The notes: a model not told the origin generated them from the letters alone. A stretch of DNA of 43,495 nt from Limisphaerales bacterium (GCA_044225505.1 JBGAIN010000056.1:1-43495), one strand, 5' to 3'. Shown: positions 26,779 to 36,348, counted from the first letter of the stretch. Numbers and translations: made by a program.

Positions 26779-26929
26779 CAACGGCGATTGCGCGGGCTAA
26801 ATGTCTCTTGCGACGGTGACATTTTGTCTCCGGAGTGTGCGACATTTGTCCTAATCGGGATGAAGACGTGCCGCGTTCGGATTGAAAAGCTTCGTTTTGT
26901 GTGAAACGCTAGAAGAGTTGATCGCAGTT

Positions 26930-27175
26930 ATGCCGCTTTACGAATATGAGCTTTGCGACGGGGATTGCGTGGTCTGCGGAGGCAAATTCACTCTCCGCCG
27001 GCCGATCAGCGCCCCTGCCCTGACTCAGTGCCCGCTTTGCAAACGCCCAGTCCGGAAGCTGATTTCAAGTTTCAACTCCCCGGTCCATGCCAAGCCGCTT
27101 TCTGTTTCTGACGCCAAGAAAGCGGGCTTTACCGTTTTGAAACGGTTGGGCAAAGGCGAGTATGAAAAACAATAA
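26930..27175 (+). CDS. FmdB family zinc-ribbon protein
   Basis: MPLYEYE..CVVCG..F...CPLC...VRKLIS. Confidence 0.88.
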   Translation: MPLYEYELCDGDCVVCGGKFTLRRPISAPALTQCPLCKRPVRKLISSFNSPVHAKPLSVSDAKKAGFTVLKRLGKGEYEKQ

Positions 27176-27351
27176 CCTCCTCCGCTAAGGACGCTCGCCT
27201 GCCGCGGCGCGGCGGCGTCCGCCTTGATCCTTCCTAACCTCCAGCGCCGACCAAGCGCCCGGATGCGGACGGGTGCCGATGCCCGGCTCAGGCGTTATCC
27301 CCGATTGAGGAGACGCCTCTCGACGTTACCTTTGACGATACAAGGAACGTT

Positions 27352-28155
27352 ATGAAAACTTTACGAAATCGATATTCACCAGTCCGGCATTTAACCCAAG
27401 GTTTGGTCGCTTCCGTGGCAATCTGGGGAGCTTTCGACTTAAGTGCGGCGGACGCAATCACTCAACTTGGAGACGTCAATCAAGGTTCTACAACGCCGCG
27501 GAGTCATGCCGAACAAGGGACCCACAAGGAGAGTGCTTTTATCAAAGAAGCAGCCAAAGGCGGCCAATCTGAAGTAGTGATGGGCAAGATGGCGGTCGAA
27601 CACGGGCAGAACGAACAGATTAAACAACTTGGCCAGCGCTTAGACCAGGATCATAGCAAGGCCAACCAAGAGTTGATGGAGATCGCGCAGACGCTGGGAG
27701 TCCATGTGCCGATGGCACACAAGAATGATGCGGCGATGAACAAGATCGAGCAAAAGACCGGCGCGGAGTTCGATAAAGCATTTGCCGAACACGCTCTCAC
27801 CGACCACATAAAAGACATTCGCCAGTATCAACAGGCGCTCCAGGATGTGCAGGATCCTAAGCTCAAGGCCTTTATCAGCAAAAGCATTCCAGTGCTCCGA
27901 CAGCATTTGGAATTAGCCCGAGCCGCGGGCCGCGCGGTCGGGGTTGAACAACGGATGCTCAACGCGGCCGATCAGTTTCTTTCGGAACACGGTCACGGCA
28001 CGGTCGGCTCCAGACCGGACAAAGCAAATCGCCAGCAAGGCCTGGGCACAGGACCGAATTCAGAAACCGGCCAGGGAAGCAGTTCGGGAACGAGCGGCAA
28101 CAACCGCGTGACGCCGACGCCGCTGCCAAACCCGGCACCTGCGCCGAACCGATAA
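27352..28155 (+). CDS. Exported DUF4142 (ferritin-like) protein
   Basis: FIKEAAKGGQSEV, DHSKANQEL, GAEFDKAF, DH.KDI, LRQHLELAR; low-complexity C-terminal tail; AAGGA RBS. Confidence 0.85.
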   Translation: MKTLRNRYSPVRHLTQGLVASVAIWGAFDLSAADAITQLGDVNQGSTTPRSHAEQGTHKESAFIKEAAKGGQSEVVMGKMAVEHGQNEQIKQLGQRLDQDHSKANQELMEIAQTLGVHVPMAHKNDAAMNKIEQKTGAEFDKAFAEHALTDHIKDIRQYQQALQDVQDPKLKAFISKSIPVLRQHLELARAAGRAVGVEQRMLNAADQFLSEHGHGTVGSRPDKANRQQGLGTGPNSETGQGSSSGTSGNNRVTPTPLPNPAPAPNR

Positions 28156-28187
28156 CGGTTTGCCTGCCTGAGATCGACGACAGACGG

Positions 28188-28217
28188 ACCGCGCGCCATG
28201 GGCGCGCGGTTTCGTTT
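28188..28217 (+). terminator. Intrinsic terminator after the DUF4142 gene
   Basis: ACCGCGCGCC-ATG-GGCGCGCGGT followed by TTCGTTT. Confidence 0.65.
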
Positions 28218-28283
28218 CCATTGGGCGGTATTAAACTCTGGGAACTCTGTTGGCTCGGCTGACAACGGCAAGCGAACACCCTC

Positions 28284-28829
28284 TCACTCGCCTTTCGACG
28301 AGAACTGATCTTCCTTGTTCTTGAACAAGACATTGAATGTCGTGAGGGAACCGTAGGTGCGGGTGATATACTGCTGCATGTCAAACTTCTCCCCGTCCGT
28401 CAGCTTATCATGCGCGTTGATCTTTTGCTCCAAGACGCGGAGCTGATTGCGAATTCCGACGATCTTATGAAAGAAAACCTCGAGCGGGACCTCCTTCGTT
28501 TGCAGCGTCGGATCGGCGGGGTGCAACACGATTTTGCCTTTGTGCCAGCGCACACCCAGTTCTTCGATGGCAGAGTTGGGGTTTTCCACGCCCAAGCGTT
28601 GCAGCGCGGCCTCGAGTGTAGATTCCACAAACTGTTTCAGGGGAACGGTGAGGCCTTCGACTTGCATGACAGCCTCCGCCGGAGCCACCTCCGCTAGTTC
28701 AGGGTCCACCGTTCGCACCACATTTCCAAACAAGAGCGTGGCATCGACGTTCGAGATCTTTTGCACGATGCCCTCACCATATTGGGGGTGGCGGACTTTC
28801 ATACCGACCGTTAAGTCTTTGATCTTCAT
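28284..28829 (-). CDS. Hypothetical protein with N-terminal SH3/Tudor-like segment
   Basis: VGMKVRHPQYGEGIV N-terminus; helical C-terminus FFHKIVGIRNQLRVLEQKIN...YGSLTTFNVLF. Confidence 0.75.
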   Translation of the reverse strand: MKIKDLTVGMKVRHPQYGEGIVQKISNVDATLLFGNVVRTVDPELAEVAPAEAVMQVEGLTVPLKQFVESTLEAALQRLGVENPNSAIEELGVRWHKGKIVLHPADPTLQTKEVPLEVFFHKIVGIRNQLRVLEQKINAHDKLTDGEKFDMQQYITRTYGSLTTFNVLFKNKEDQFSSKGE

Positions 28830-28972
28830 ACGAATTTTTCCGTTGTTAAATCGTTCCCCGGCAATTCCGCAGGCGCGTCGACGATCCCGCGCGCACCCTT
28901 TGATTTGACATTCGCCAGCAAAAACGCTGGCATGCGCACGAAACGGATGACCACCCCAAGAAACCAAAACGC

Positions 28973-30001
28973 ATGAAAAAGTTCAATGTCGGCGTCGTGG
29001 GCTATGGCTGGGCAGCTGGTGCTCATATCGACGCGATTAACGCTACGACTCTGGCGCAGGTCACAGCAGTTTGCTCGTCGCGCGATTTAGACGCAGCTGC
29101 GCTGTCTGCCCGGCATGGCAGCGCCATCGCATGCGACAAAGAGTTGGACCGTTTGCTAGCTCGCGAAGATCTCCACGCAGTTTCGATTTGCAGTTACCCA
29201 CAGGATCATGTGCGTCATGCCGTCGCCGCCGCGCGCGCGGGAAAACATTTGATCATCGAAAAACCACTCGGCCTTTCCTGGAAGGATTGCTGCGCTGTGC
29301 AGCAAGCGACCGAGAAAGCCGGCGTGCAAACCTGCGTCTGCTTCGAATGCCGCTTCTCCAGTCAGTTCTTGACGATCAAAGCCGTCATTGACCGCGGCTT
29401 GCTCGGACAACTTCACTATGCCGAGGTCGATTACTACCATGGCATCGGACCTTGGTACGGCCAGTTCCGCTGGAACACGCGGAAGAAGGCAGGAGGCAGC
29501 AGTTTATTGTCTGCGGGATGCCACGCCCTGGACGCCCTGCTCCTCTGTCTCGGCTCGGACGTCGAGTCGGTCAGCAGTTACTCGGTGGGGTCCCAGCACG
29601 AGTCTTTTTCGCAGTATGAATACCCGACGACGTCCGTCACCCTCTTGAAGTTCAAGAGCGGGCGGGTCGGAAAGTGCGCCTCGTCGATCGATTGCTTGCA
29701 ACCGTATTACTTTCATACCCATCTGTTGGGCAGTGAGGGTAGCCTTTTGGACAACCGCTTTCATTCCACTCAACTTGGCGGATTAAACAAAGGAAAGTGG
29801 AGCGAATTGGCAATGAAACTACTCGATTCCGGGGATGTATCCGATCACCCGTATCAGACCCAATTCGAGACTTTCTTCCAATCGGTGGAAAAAGGCGAAC
29901 GAATGCCACTCACTTCGCTCCAAGACGCCCTGAAAACCCATCAGGTAATCTTCGCTGCGGACGAATCGGCACGGACGGGCAAACCAGTGAAAGTGCGCTA
30001 A
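28973..30001 (+). CDS. Gfo/Idh/MocA family oxidoreductase
   Basis: VGVVGYGWAA, GKHLIIEKP, GGSSLLSAGCHALD. Confidence 0.93.
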   Translation: MKKFNVGVVGYGWAAGAHIDAINATTLAQVTAVCSSRDLDAAALSARHGSAIACDKELDRLLAREDLHAVSICSYPQDHVRHAVAAARAGKHLIIEKPLGLSWKDCCAVQQATEKAGVQTCVCFECRFSSQFLTIKAVIDRGLLGQLHYAEVDYYHGIGPWYGQFRWNTRKKAGGSSLLSAGCHALDALLLCLGSDVESVSSYSVGSQHESFSQYEYPTTSVTLLKFKSGRVGKCASSIDCLQPYYFHTHLLGSEGSLLDNRFHSTQLGGLNKGKWSELAMKLLDSGDVSDHPYQTQFETFFQSVEKGERMPLTSLQDALKTHQVIFAADESARTGKPVKVR

Positions 30002-31431
30002 GGCACCAACAAGGTGTCGAACCAGAGTTTCGCGGCGAGAAGGGAGATGGGCGCGCACTCCCCATGGCCCGCTGTCGGGATGGGGTTCAATAACTGGACG
30101 TCTTTTACCCGTCGACGGACGAACGTGTCGTAGGCGGTCTGAGAGTTTGCGAAGGCGACATCCTCATCGGCACCGCAATGGTAGAGGCGAACGGGCGCTT
30201 GGGGTGTCCAATCGTAAACATCATTTTCCTGGAGGGCGATGCGGAACGGATGAGCAGGATCCGACTTTAGCGCATTAAGAAACTCCGGCTTAATGAGCGA
30301 AAGGAGGGGCAAACCGGACATAGCCTGGTTGATCTCTGAACTGTCATGCAGCCCGTCCAAAAGTGGAGGCAGCGTGGCATCGTAGGGAGGCACAAAGAGC
30401 TCGGTCAGGGTCGGAACGAATCGGTAAATGCTTTCGAACGCACCTAAGAGATAGAGTAAGTAATACGGGTTTGGCATGGTGCGGCCGGAAAAAAAGTCGG
30501 CCAGCGTCACGCCGGATAAATCGTAAGGTCCAGCCATAGGCGCAACGGCGGTGACCGCAAACTCGTTCGTATGGAAGGTCTCCAATTCGCGGTGAGCCGC
30601 CATGGTTGCGTGGCCCCCTTCGGAATAGCCCATGAGAAAGAGTTGCCCATTGAGCGGCACCGCGTTGCTCGCGCAAAAAGTGCGCACGGCACGCAGCAGA
30701 TCGACGACCGCGGTCGCCTCACTCTTGGCGTGCACGTAAGGGTGCAACCCGGGTGAATCGCCGAGCCCCACGTAGTCCGGCAAGACGGTCACATAACCGT
30801 CCGTGCTCAACGCCACGCCAATGATCCGTTCCAATCCCAGGAACGCCGACGGGACTTCCGATCGAGAGATGATCGTCCCATGTTGGTAACTGACCAAGGC
30901 CGATCGATTGGTCGCATTCTGCGGCCGCACGATTAACCCCGAGGCGACCGTCCGCACGCCGAAGGGGTTGACGGTCTCGTAGAGGAGTTTATCCAAAAGC
31001 ACTCCGTGGCGGACCGGCAACGGCAGTCCCAATTGAGCAAAGACCGCGCGGACGCCGTCTGGCGTGAGAGATGGCAAACTCGTGACGGAAAGAAGCTTGC
31101 CTCGGTCGGCCGAGCGTGGCCCGGCCACGGCCCGATAGAAGCGCGCCTTGCCGCTGGCAAGTCGAGGGTCGATCCAAGAGAGAGAATCAATTGGCCAGAC
31201 GCTGGCTGGAACTGGCCGCCAAGCAGCCGCTGAGCCGAGAACATCGCTGCTCTCGATGGTATAGCTGAAATTCGAACCAAGGTTCGGCCATTGCCAACCC
31301 ACCGCTGCGCCTTCCGTGAGCGGTTGCAGCGTCCAACCTTCGGGGACGGAACTGGTCAAGCTCTCCGCTCCAGCCAAGCGGATCGATGCCACAAGCACGG
31401 CGACTAGGGACTGCAACACAACGGATCGCAT
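29998..31431 (-). CDS. Secreted alpha/beta-hydrolase (secretory lipase-like) with N-terminal FYR module
   Basis: YQHGT, PDYVGLG, nucleophile GYSEGG, AGPYDL, D.DV and a C-terminal His. Confidence 0.88.
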   Translation of the reverse strand: MRSVVLQSLVAVLVASIRLAGAESLTSSVPEGWTLQPLTEGAAVGWQWPNLGSNFSYTIESSDVLGSAAAWRPVPASVWPIDSLSWIDPRLASGKARFYRAVAGPRSADRGKLLSVTSLPSLTPDGVRAVFAQLGLPLPVRHGVLLDKLLYETVNPFGVRTVASGLIVRPQNATNRSALVSYQHGTIISRSEVPSAFLGLERIIGVALSTDGYVTVLPDYVGLGDSPGLHPYVHAKSEATAVVDLLRAVRTFCASNAVPLNGQLFLMGYSEGGHATMAAHRELETFHTNEFAVTAVAPMAGPYDLSGVTLADFFSGRTMPNPYYLLYLLGAFESIYRFVPTLTELFVPPYDATLPPLLDGLHDSSEINQAMSGLPLLSLIKPEFLNALKSDPAHPFRIALQENDVYDWTPQAPVRLYHCGADEDVAFANSQTAYDTFVRRRVKDVQLLNPIPTAGHGECAPISLLAAKLWFDTLLVP

Positions 31432-31539
31432 AACGGCAGCATCGCTCTCCAAGCGGGATTAGCAAAGTCCTTTTCAGAGTCCGACACGTCACTGGGGGGC
31501 AGCAGGGCCCCTTGCTGCAGCTAGAAGTCTACTGAAATA

Positions 31540-31616
31540 GTAGCCGCCGAGGTCCAGGAGGCGGAAAGGAAGGTCCAAAATCGCGAGAAAACCCGCCTCA
31601 TTACTTCGTCGGCTAC
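31540..31616. repeat. GTAG-type REP doublet (inverted pair)
   Basis: GTAGCCGCCGAGGTCCAGGAGGCGG (31540-31564) faces CCGCCTCATTACTTCGTCGGCTAC (31593-31616); each arm begins GTAG on its own strand. Confidence 0.7.
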
Positions 31617-31686
31617 GGATTTCACAACTCCCGCGTCGCTGAGAACGGGGTTGCAATATGCTGGGACGTCTGGCTTCTGTTCCTCA

Positions 31687-32475
31687 ATGGTTAACGCAAA
31701 GTCGGCTTTGGCAATCGCGGCGCATCCCGACGACATCGAATTCGGCATGGCGGGGACTCTCCTGCTCCTGCGAGAAGCAGGCTGGCAAATCCATTATTTA
31801 AACCTCGCCACCGGCAATTGCGGAAGCAACCGTCACAGTTCATCCGAAACCATCAAACGGCGTGGAAAAGAAAGCCGAGCGGCGGCGCGAGTGCTCGGAG
31901 CTCGATATCATCCTCCATTTCTGAACGACCTCGAGATTTTCTATGCGGATCGGCCGCTCCGCAAGCTGGCGGCCATTGTTAGGGCTGTTCAACCATCGTT
32001 GGTGTTGACGCATTCGCCTGAAGATTACATGGAGGATCATACGAATACCTGCCGCTTGGCCGTGACGGCGGCGTTCGCCCGGGGCATGCCGAATTACCGG
32101 ACGCTGCCGTCACGCCCTGCCTTCGACCACGAAGTCACCGTCTACCATGCGATGCCCCACGGACTCTGCGACAGTTTGCGGCGACGTGTCGTTCCCGAAA
32201 TCTTCGTCGACACGTCCACGGTCCAACCGCAGAAACTCGCGGCGCTCGCCTGTCACCAGAGCCAACAGGATTGGCTGGATACAAGCCAGGGAATGAATTC
32301 CTACCTCCAGACCATGGAAGAACTGTCAGCGGCCATCGGAAGCATGTCCAAACGTTTCCGCCACGCCGAAGGGTGGCGTCGGCACTCGCATCTCGGATTC
32401 TGCGCGCCTGACGCCGACCCGCTAACGGCAACGCTTAAAGATCGGGCCTACATCAACCGAGCCTATCGCGTCTAA
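31687..32475 (+). CDS. PIG-L/LmbE family deacetylase
   Basis: AHPDDIEFG, E.R.AARVLGA, THSPEDYMEDH, ACHQSQ, AEG. Confidence 0.92.
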   Translation: MVNAKSALAIAAHPDDIEFGMAGTLLLLREAGWQIHYLNLATGNCGSNRHSSSETIKRRGKESRAAARVLGARYHPPFLNDLEIFYADRPLRKLAAIVRAVQPSLVLTHSPEDYMEDHTNTCRLAVTAAFARGMPNYRTLPSRPAFDHEVTVYHAMPHGLCDSLRRRVVPEIFVDTSTVQPQKLAALACHQSQQDWLDTSQGMNSYLQTMEELSAAIGSMSKRFRHAEGWRRHSHLGFCAPDADPLTATLKDRAYINRAYRV

Positions 32476-32608
32476 CAGCTCTGTAGAGGAGTTTGCACCC
32501 TGGATTGTCCGGAGCGATCACATCAAGCCGAAGCCGCTCGGCGACGGATCGCTGAGAGAGCTTGCTCCGTTGCTCGCAGAATTCCATGGGCAAAGGTCGG
32601 TCGATCGG

Positions 32609-33394
32609 TCAGTTTGAGCCGCCGCCAATCTCAGGCCGAAGCCAGCCGGTGCCGGAATAATACCACTTGGCCGGCTTGAGGCTTTCCACGTGGGAATCAG
32701 TGAACGCAATGTTGCTGCGTTGAACGTGCCGAGCGTGGGGCCCGCCCCAATTCGGATCATCCGCGGTGACGCAGCCCGTGCAGGGAGCGTCCGATCCGGG
32801 ATCTTGAACGATCCAACAGCCAGGTTTTTCCGGCGATTTCGCGGTGACGCACTTATCCGGGTCTTTGCTGTTAATCGGTTTGCAGCCACCGTCCGTCAGG
32901 TAAACCGTCATGGAAGGTCGGTTCACGTCCGTCTCGCGGAGCTGCCGCCACACTTTGCTGTCCCAGGTATCCGGCCAGTCGCAGCCTCCCAAGCGGAAGT
33001 TTGCGGCGTAATTTGAAACGGCTTTGTCTTGCTGATCGCTCGGATAGTTGGCGACCACCTCTTTAAACTTCTTCGTTTTGCTCGGGCAAAGAATCAGATT
33101 GGTCGTTTGCTGGTAAACCTGCAGGAAATTGAACCAGCCTTTGCGAATCACGTTGTTCCCTCGGACTTGAAAGGTGAAACAGTAGCGGCCGTCGTGATCA
33201 TCTGCGTAGAGCCGAGTGGCGATGCCCATCTGGCGCAAGTTATTGATGCAACTGGTCGACTTCCCTTTCTCCTTCGCCCGGGACAGAGCGGGCAAGAGCA
33301 TTCCCGCGAGGATCGCAATAATCGCGATGACAACCAACAGCTCGATGAGCGTAAAACCACGCAAAGACCGGAAACGGGTCCGAACTGGGTTCAT
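32609..33394 (-). CDS. Prepilin-type N-terminal cleavage/methylation protein (DUF1559 / H-X9-DG type)
   Basis: [41 protein letters not shown]-terminal [14 protein letters not shown]. Confidence 0.92.
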   Translation of the reverse strand: MNPVRTRFRSLRGFTLIELLVVIAIIAILAGMLLPALSRAKEKGKSTSCINNLRQMGIATRLYADDHDGRYCFTFQVRGNNVIRKGWFNFLQVYQQTTNLILCPSKTKKFKEVVANYPSDQQDKAVSNYAANFRLGGCDWPDTWDSKVWRQLRETDVNRPSMTVYLTDGGCKPINSKDPDKCVTAKSPEKPGCWIVQDPGSDAPCTGCVTADDPNWGGPHARHVQRSNIAFTDSHVESLKPAKWYYSGTGWLRPEIGGGSN

Positions 33395-33518
33395 GACGCG
33401 AGGATACTCCGGAGGAAGCGCAATTCAATTGCAAACGTCGACCGCCACGAGATTCCGTAACCTCAGGCGCGGGAGGCCCAGGTGAGGCATTGGCATCCGA
33501 GCTGCTAACCAAGACGTT

Positions 33519-34283
33519 ATGATGCCGCAGCCAAATCGACCTTTGGTTCCTATCGTGCTCGGGGCACTCTGTCTCTTTCTTGCTGCTGGATTCGCTTATC
33601 GATTCCACACGGCCGCCGCCGAAAAATCGAGGAATGTCGGTGCGATTTGCCATTATTCCAATGCTTGGGCAACAGCCTCGGCCAAGCTTAGGGAGCAAAC
33701 TCTGGTTAATGTTGCGCTGGAACGAGATTTCGCCAATCAAGCGGACGAGATTAGAACCTACTCGAACACCATCGCCCAGGTCGAAGCTGAACTCACGAAA
33801 GTAAACACCGCTGCGCGCGCGGCGGCTGTGACAGCCGCTGCCGATCAAACACGTCGAGACGGCCGAATCAACGAGCTGGAAAGCCAGCGCGACGACATGA
33901 CCAAAAGCATCAACGAACTTCGAGGGTCCATTTCCAGCCTTGAGACACAGATCACGGAAACCGAACATAAACTGGCCACTTCCTCTTCGGACCGAGAATA
34001 CCTTCAAAGCGAGCTAAAACGCCTGCGCTCTGAGAAATCGGAGCTTGAACGCCGCTTTTATGATCTGGCCCTTCTTCGAGACCAGGTCCGCAAGCTACGC
34101 GACGAACTCTCCGTCAGCCGCCGTTTGGAATGGATCCGGCGCGGGCTCTATGGCGACACCAAAGGGGGCGAACAACTTCGGAAGAGTCTGGCGAGCGCTG
34201 CACCAACCCCGAGTTCTTACAGCTTGGATGTTGAAGTCCGCCGAAACGAAAGCGCGAAAATTCTTCCCGCCGGATCTCCCTAG
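33519..34283 (+). CDS. Membrane-anchored coiled-coil protein
   Basis: N-terminal hydrophobic helix followed by long heptad repeats; start uncertain (33519/33522/33543). Confidence 0.75.
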   Translation: MMPQPNRPLVPIVLGALCLFLAAGFAYRFHTAAAEKSRNVGAICHYSNAWATASAKLREQTLVNVALERDFANQADEIRTYSNTIAQVEAELTKVNTAARAAAVTAAADQTRRDGRINELESQRDDMTKSINELRGSISSLETQITETEHKLATSSSDREYLQSELKRLRSEKSELERRFYDLALLRDQVRKLRDELSVSRRLEWIRRGLYGDTKGGEQLRKSLASAAPTPSSYSLDVEVRRNESAKILPAGSP

Positions 34284-34499
34284 ACTTACGGACTGACATT
34301 AACATTCTCTGTCGCGCGGCTGGGTATAAGCCCAGCCGAAACCGCGTTTAGGATCCTTCTTTCATTTCCGAAACTCCGCCCGATTGTCGATTGGAAGCGG
34401 GCACTTGCTGCTGGCAATCTGATGGAGGCGGTCTAAGTTGTCGCCGAAAACGGCGTTCGAGTCGAAGAGACCGCGAAACGGTTGCCTTAATCCCAACCC

Positions 34500-35021
34500 A
34501 TGGACCAAGAGAAAGACGCCGTCGCTGCGCTTTGCCCTAAATGCGGGTTATGCTGCAATGGGGTACTTTTTGCCGATGTCGAGCTGCAAAAGACAGACGC
34601 CCCTCGTCGTCTCGCCGAACTCGGGCTCGCCATTAAAGCCAAAGGCCGGAAGCGCGCATTTTCCCAGCCCTGTCACTGCTTCCAGGCTGGCCTCTGCCAG
34701 ATCTACGCGGAAAGGCCAACGCGTTGCCGGGCGTTCGAGTGTGGAGTGCTCAAACGAGTCGTGGACCAACGGCTGACTCCGGACGCTGCGCTTCGCCTGA
34801 TCAAACAAGCGCAGCAGCTCTCCGACAAAGTTCGCGCCTCGCTGCAAGGTTTGGGCGAACGCAACGACGCCCTTCCTCTGAGCCATCGCTTTCAAAAGGT
34901 CATGGCTGAACCGATCGATCTGAGCGCGGATGAAGCGTTAGTTGATCTGCGCGGCACATTCATGCTGCAGGTCGATCAACTGATGAAGTTCTTGGAGAGA
35001 AACTTTCTCTCGTCGAAGTAG
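34500..35021 (+). CDS. YkgJ family cysteine-cluster (CxxCxxCC) protein
   Basis: CPKCGLCC...PCHC...CQIYAERPTRCRAFEC. Confidence 0.88.
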   Translation: MDQEKDAVAALCPKCGLCCNGVLFADVELQKTDAPRRLAELGLAIKAKGRKRAFSQPCHCFQAGLCQIYAERPTRCRAFECGVLKRVVDQRLTPDAALRLIKQAQQLSDKVRASLQGLGERNDALPLSHRFQKVMAEPIDLSADEALVDLRGTFMLQVDQLMKFLERNFLSSK

Positions 35022-35116
35022 CGAAATGGTAGTCGCCGAGTTTGTTTGAAACCGGCTGGGGCGAGAACCGACACACCGGTGCAGGCATTCGTTCGAGCAC
35101 CCGCGGCAAGTCCGGG

Positions 35117-35698
35117 TCAAACCTCCCGACGATCGATCCACCGTGGAGCTGCCGGCGGCCGAGCTCGATCCATCCAGTTCAGCAAAACCTCAGGATCGTC
35201 TGCGACCTCGAACAGACCACGATCGTGTTGGACGATGAAGCCAGCCTTAGTCGCCATATTTACCTGGGCTAGGAAAGGGTCGTAGAAATGGTTAACATTC
35301 AGGAGCCCACACGGCTTTCGGTGGAGACCTAATTGAGACCAGGTCAGCACCTCGCAGAACTCATCCAGAGTTCCATAACCGCCAGGCAATGCTAGAAAGC
35401 CATCGGCGAAGTCGGCCATCAGAGCCTTCCGCTCGTGCATCGACAAGACAATTCGGAGTTGAGTCAGCCCTTGGTGGGCCAATTCCTTGTCGACTAACGC
35501 TTGTGGAATGATCCCAATCACTTCCCCTCGCCCTGCCAGAACGGCATCGGCCAAAGTCCCCATCAGCCCAACTCGTCCGCCCCCATAGACCAACGCAATT
35601 TTCCGCGCCGCAAGCAATCGGCCCAGTCGACGAGTTTCTTCAGCATAGACGGGGTCCAAGCCCTGACTCGACCCACAAAAGACGCAGAGCCGTTTCAC
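35117..35698 (-). CDS. LOG family nucleotide phosphoribohydrolase
   Basis: CVFCGSS, YGGGRVGLMG, MHERK, PGGYGTLDE; GTG start at 35698. Confidence 0.93.
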   Translation of the reverse strand: MKRLCVFCGSSQGLDPVYAEETRRLGRLLAARKIALVYGGGRVGLMGTLADAVLAGRGEVIGIIPQALVDKELAHQGLTQLRIVLSMHERKALMADFADGFLALPGGYGTLDEFCEVLTWSQLGLHRKPCGLLNVNHFYDPFLAQVNMATKAGFIVQHDRGLFEVADDPEVLLNWMDRARPPAAPRWIDRREV

Positions 35699-35843
35699 AA
35701 ACGGCAGGCTACAATCCAGAACATTCGGGAGGCAAACTGGAAAGAAAGTCTTAAGGATCGAAAGTCCGGGGGCGGGCGAAAGTGGCGCGCATCTCTGCGG
35801 CTCCTCGCTTGGCATCGAAAGGGTTCCCAGGCATTCTCGAGTC

Positions 35844-36290
35844 ATGCCGGTTTTCTACGAATGCCAGCGATGTACAGCGTGTTGCCGCTGGCCTGGTGAA
35901 GTTCGATTGACCGACCTCGAGATCAGCACCCTGGCACTTCATTTCGGCCAGTCCGAGTCGAACTTTATCCAACAGTTCACGCGCTTGACCCGAGACCGTC
36001 AGGGACTCGCCCTAGAAGAAAAGTCGGATGGCTCCTGCGTCTTTCTCAACGGGTCGGACTGCGTCGTGCAAGCGGTGAAACCGCAACAGTGTCGGGACTT
36101 TCCAAATCTATGGAATTTCCCGGGATTTGAGAATTTCTGCCGGGCGATCCCGCGCGTGGTGGATCAAGCCGAGTTTGAAACCAAAGTGAAAGGAGCAACG
36201 CTCCGAACGACTCTGCCCATCCGGACTCCAGGTCCGGATTCTAGAGATACCCATGAACCCAGGCTGGCCGACGCCGACTCGCGCCTTTGA
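35844..36290 (+). CDS. YkgJ family cysteine-cluster protein
   Basis: CQRCTACC...CVFL...C.VQAVKPQQCRDFP. Confidence 0.88.
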   Translation: MPVFYECQRCTACCRWPGEVRLTDLEISTLALHFGQSESNFIQQFTRLTRDRQGLALEEKSDGSCVFLNGSDCVVQAVKPQQCRDFPNLWNFPGFENFCRAIPRVVDQAEFETKVKGATLRTTLPIRTPGPDSRDTHEPRLADADSRL

Positions 36291-36291
36291 C

Positions 36292-36323
36292 AAAAAAGGC
36301 GGACGACAAAGATCGTCCGCCTT
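36292..36323 (-). terminator. Intrinsic terminator of metK-ahcY
   Basis: AAGGCGGACGA-N6-TCGTCCGCCTT preceded by an A run, which is a U tract on the minus strand. Confidence 0.75.
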
Positions 36324-36348
36324 CGCCGTCGAATGTAAGACTCAGCGC

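Noticed and set aside
25923..26781. Minus-strand ORFs of 212 and 154 aa over Rrf2, and similar long antisense ORFs elsewhere (e.g. 19530-20393, 33240-34007, 36961-37602)
   Set aside because: They overlap well-supported genes on the other strand and show no recognisable motifs; such shadow ORFs are expected in GC-rich DNA.
34317..34338. Hairpin CGGCTGGG-TATAAG-CCCAGCCG as a terminator
   Set aside because: No U tract in the direction of the upstream gene; role unsupported.
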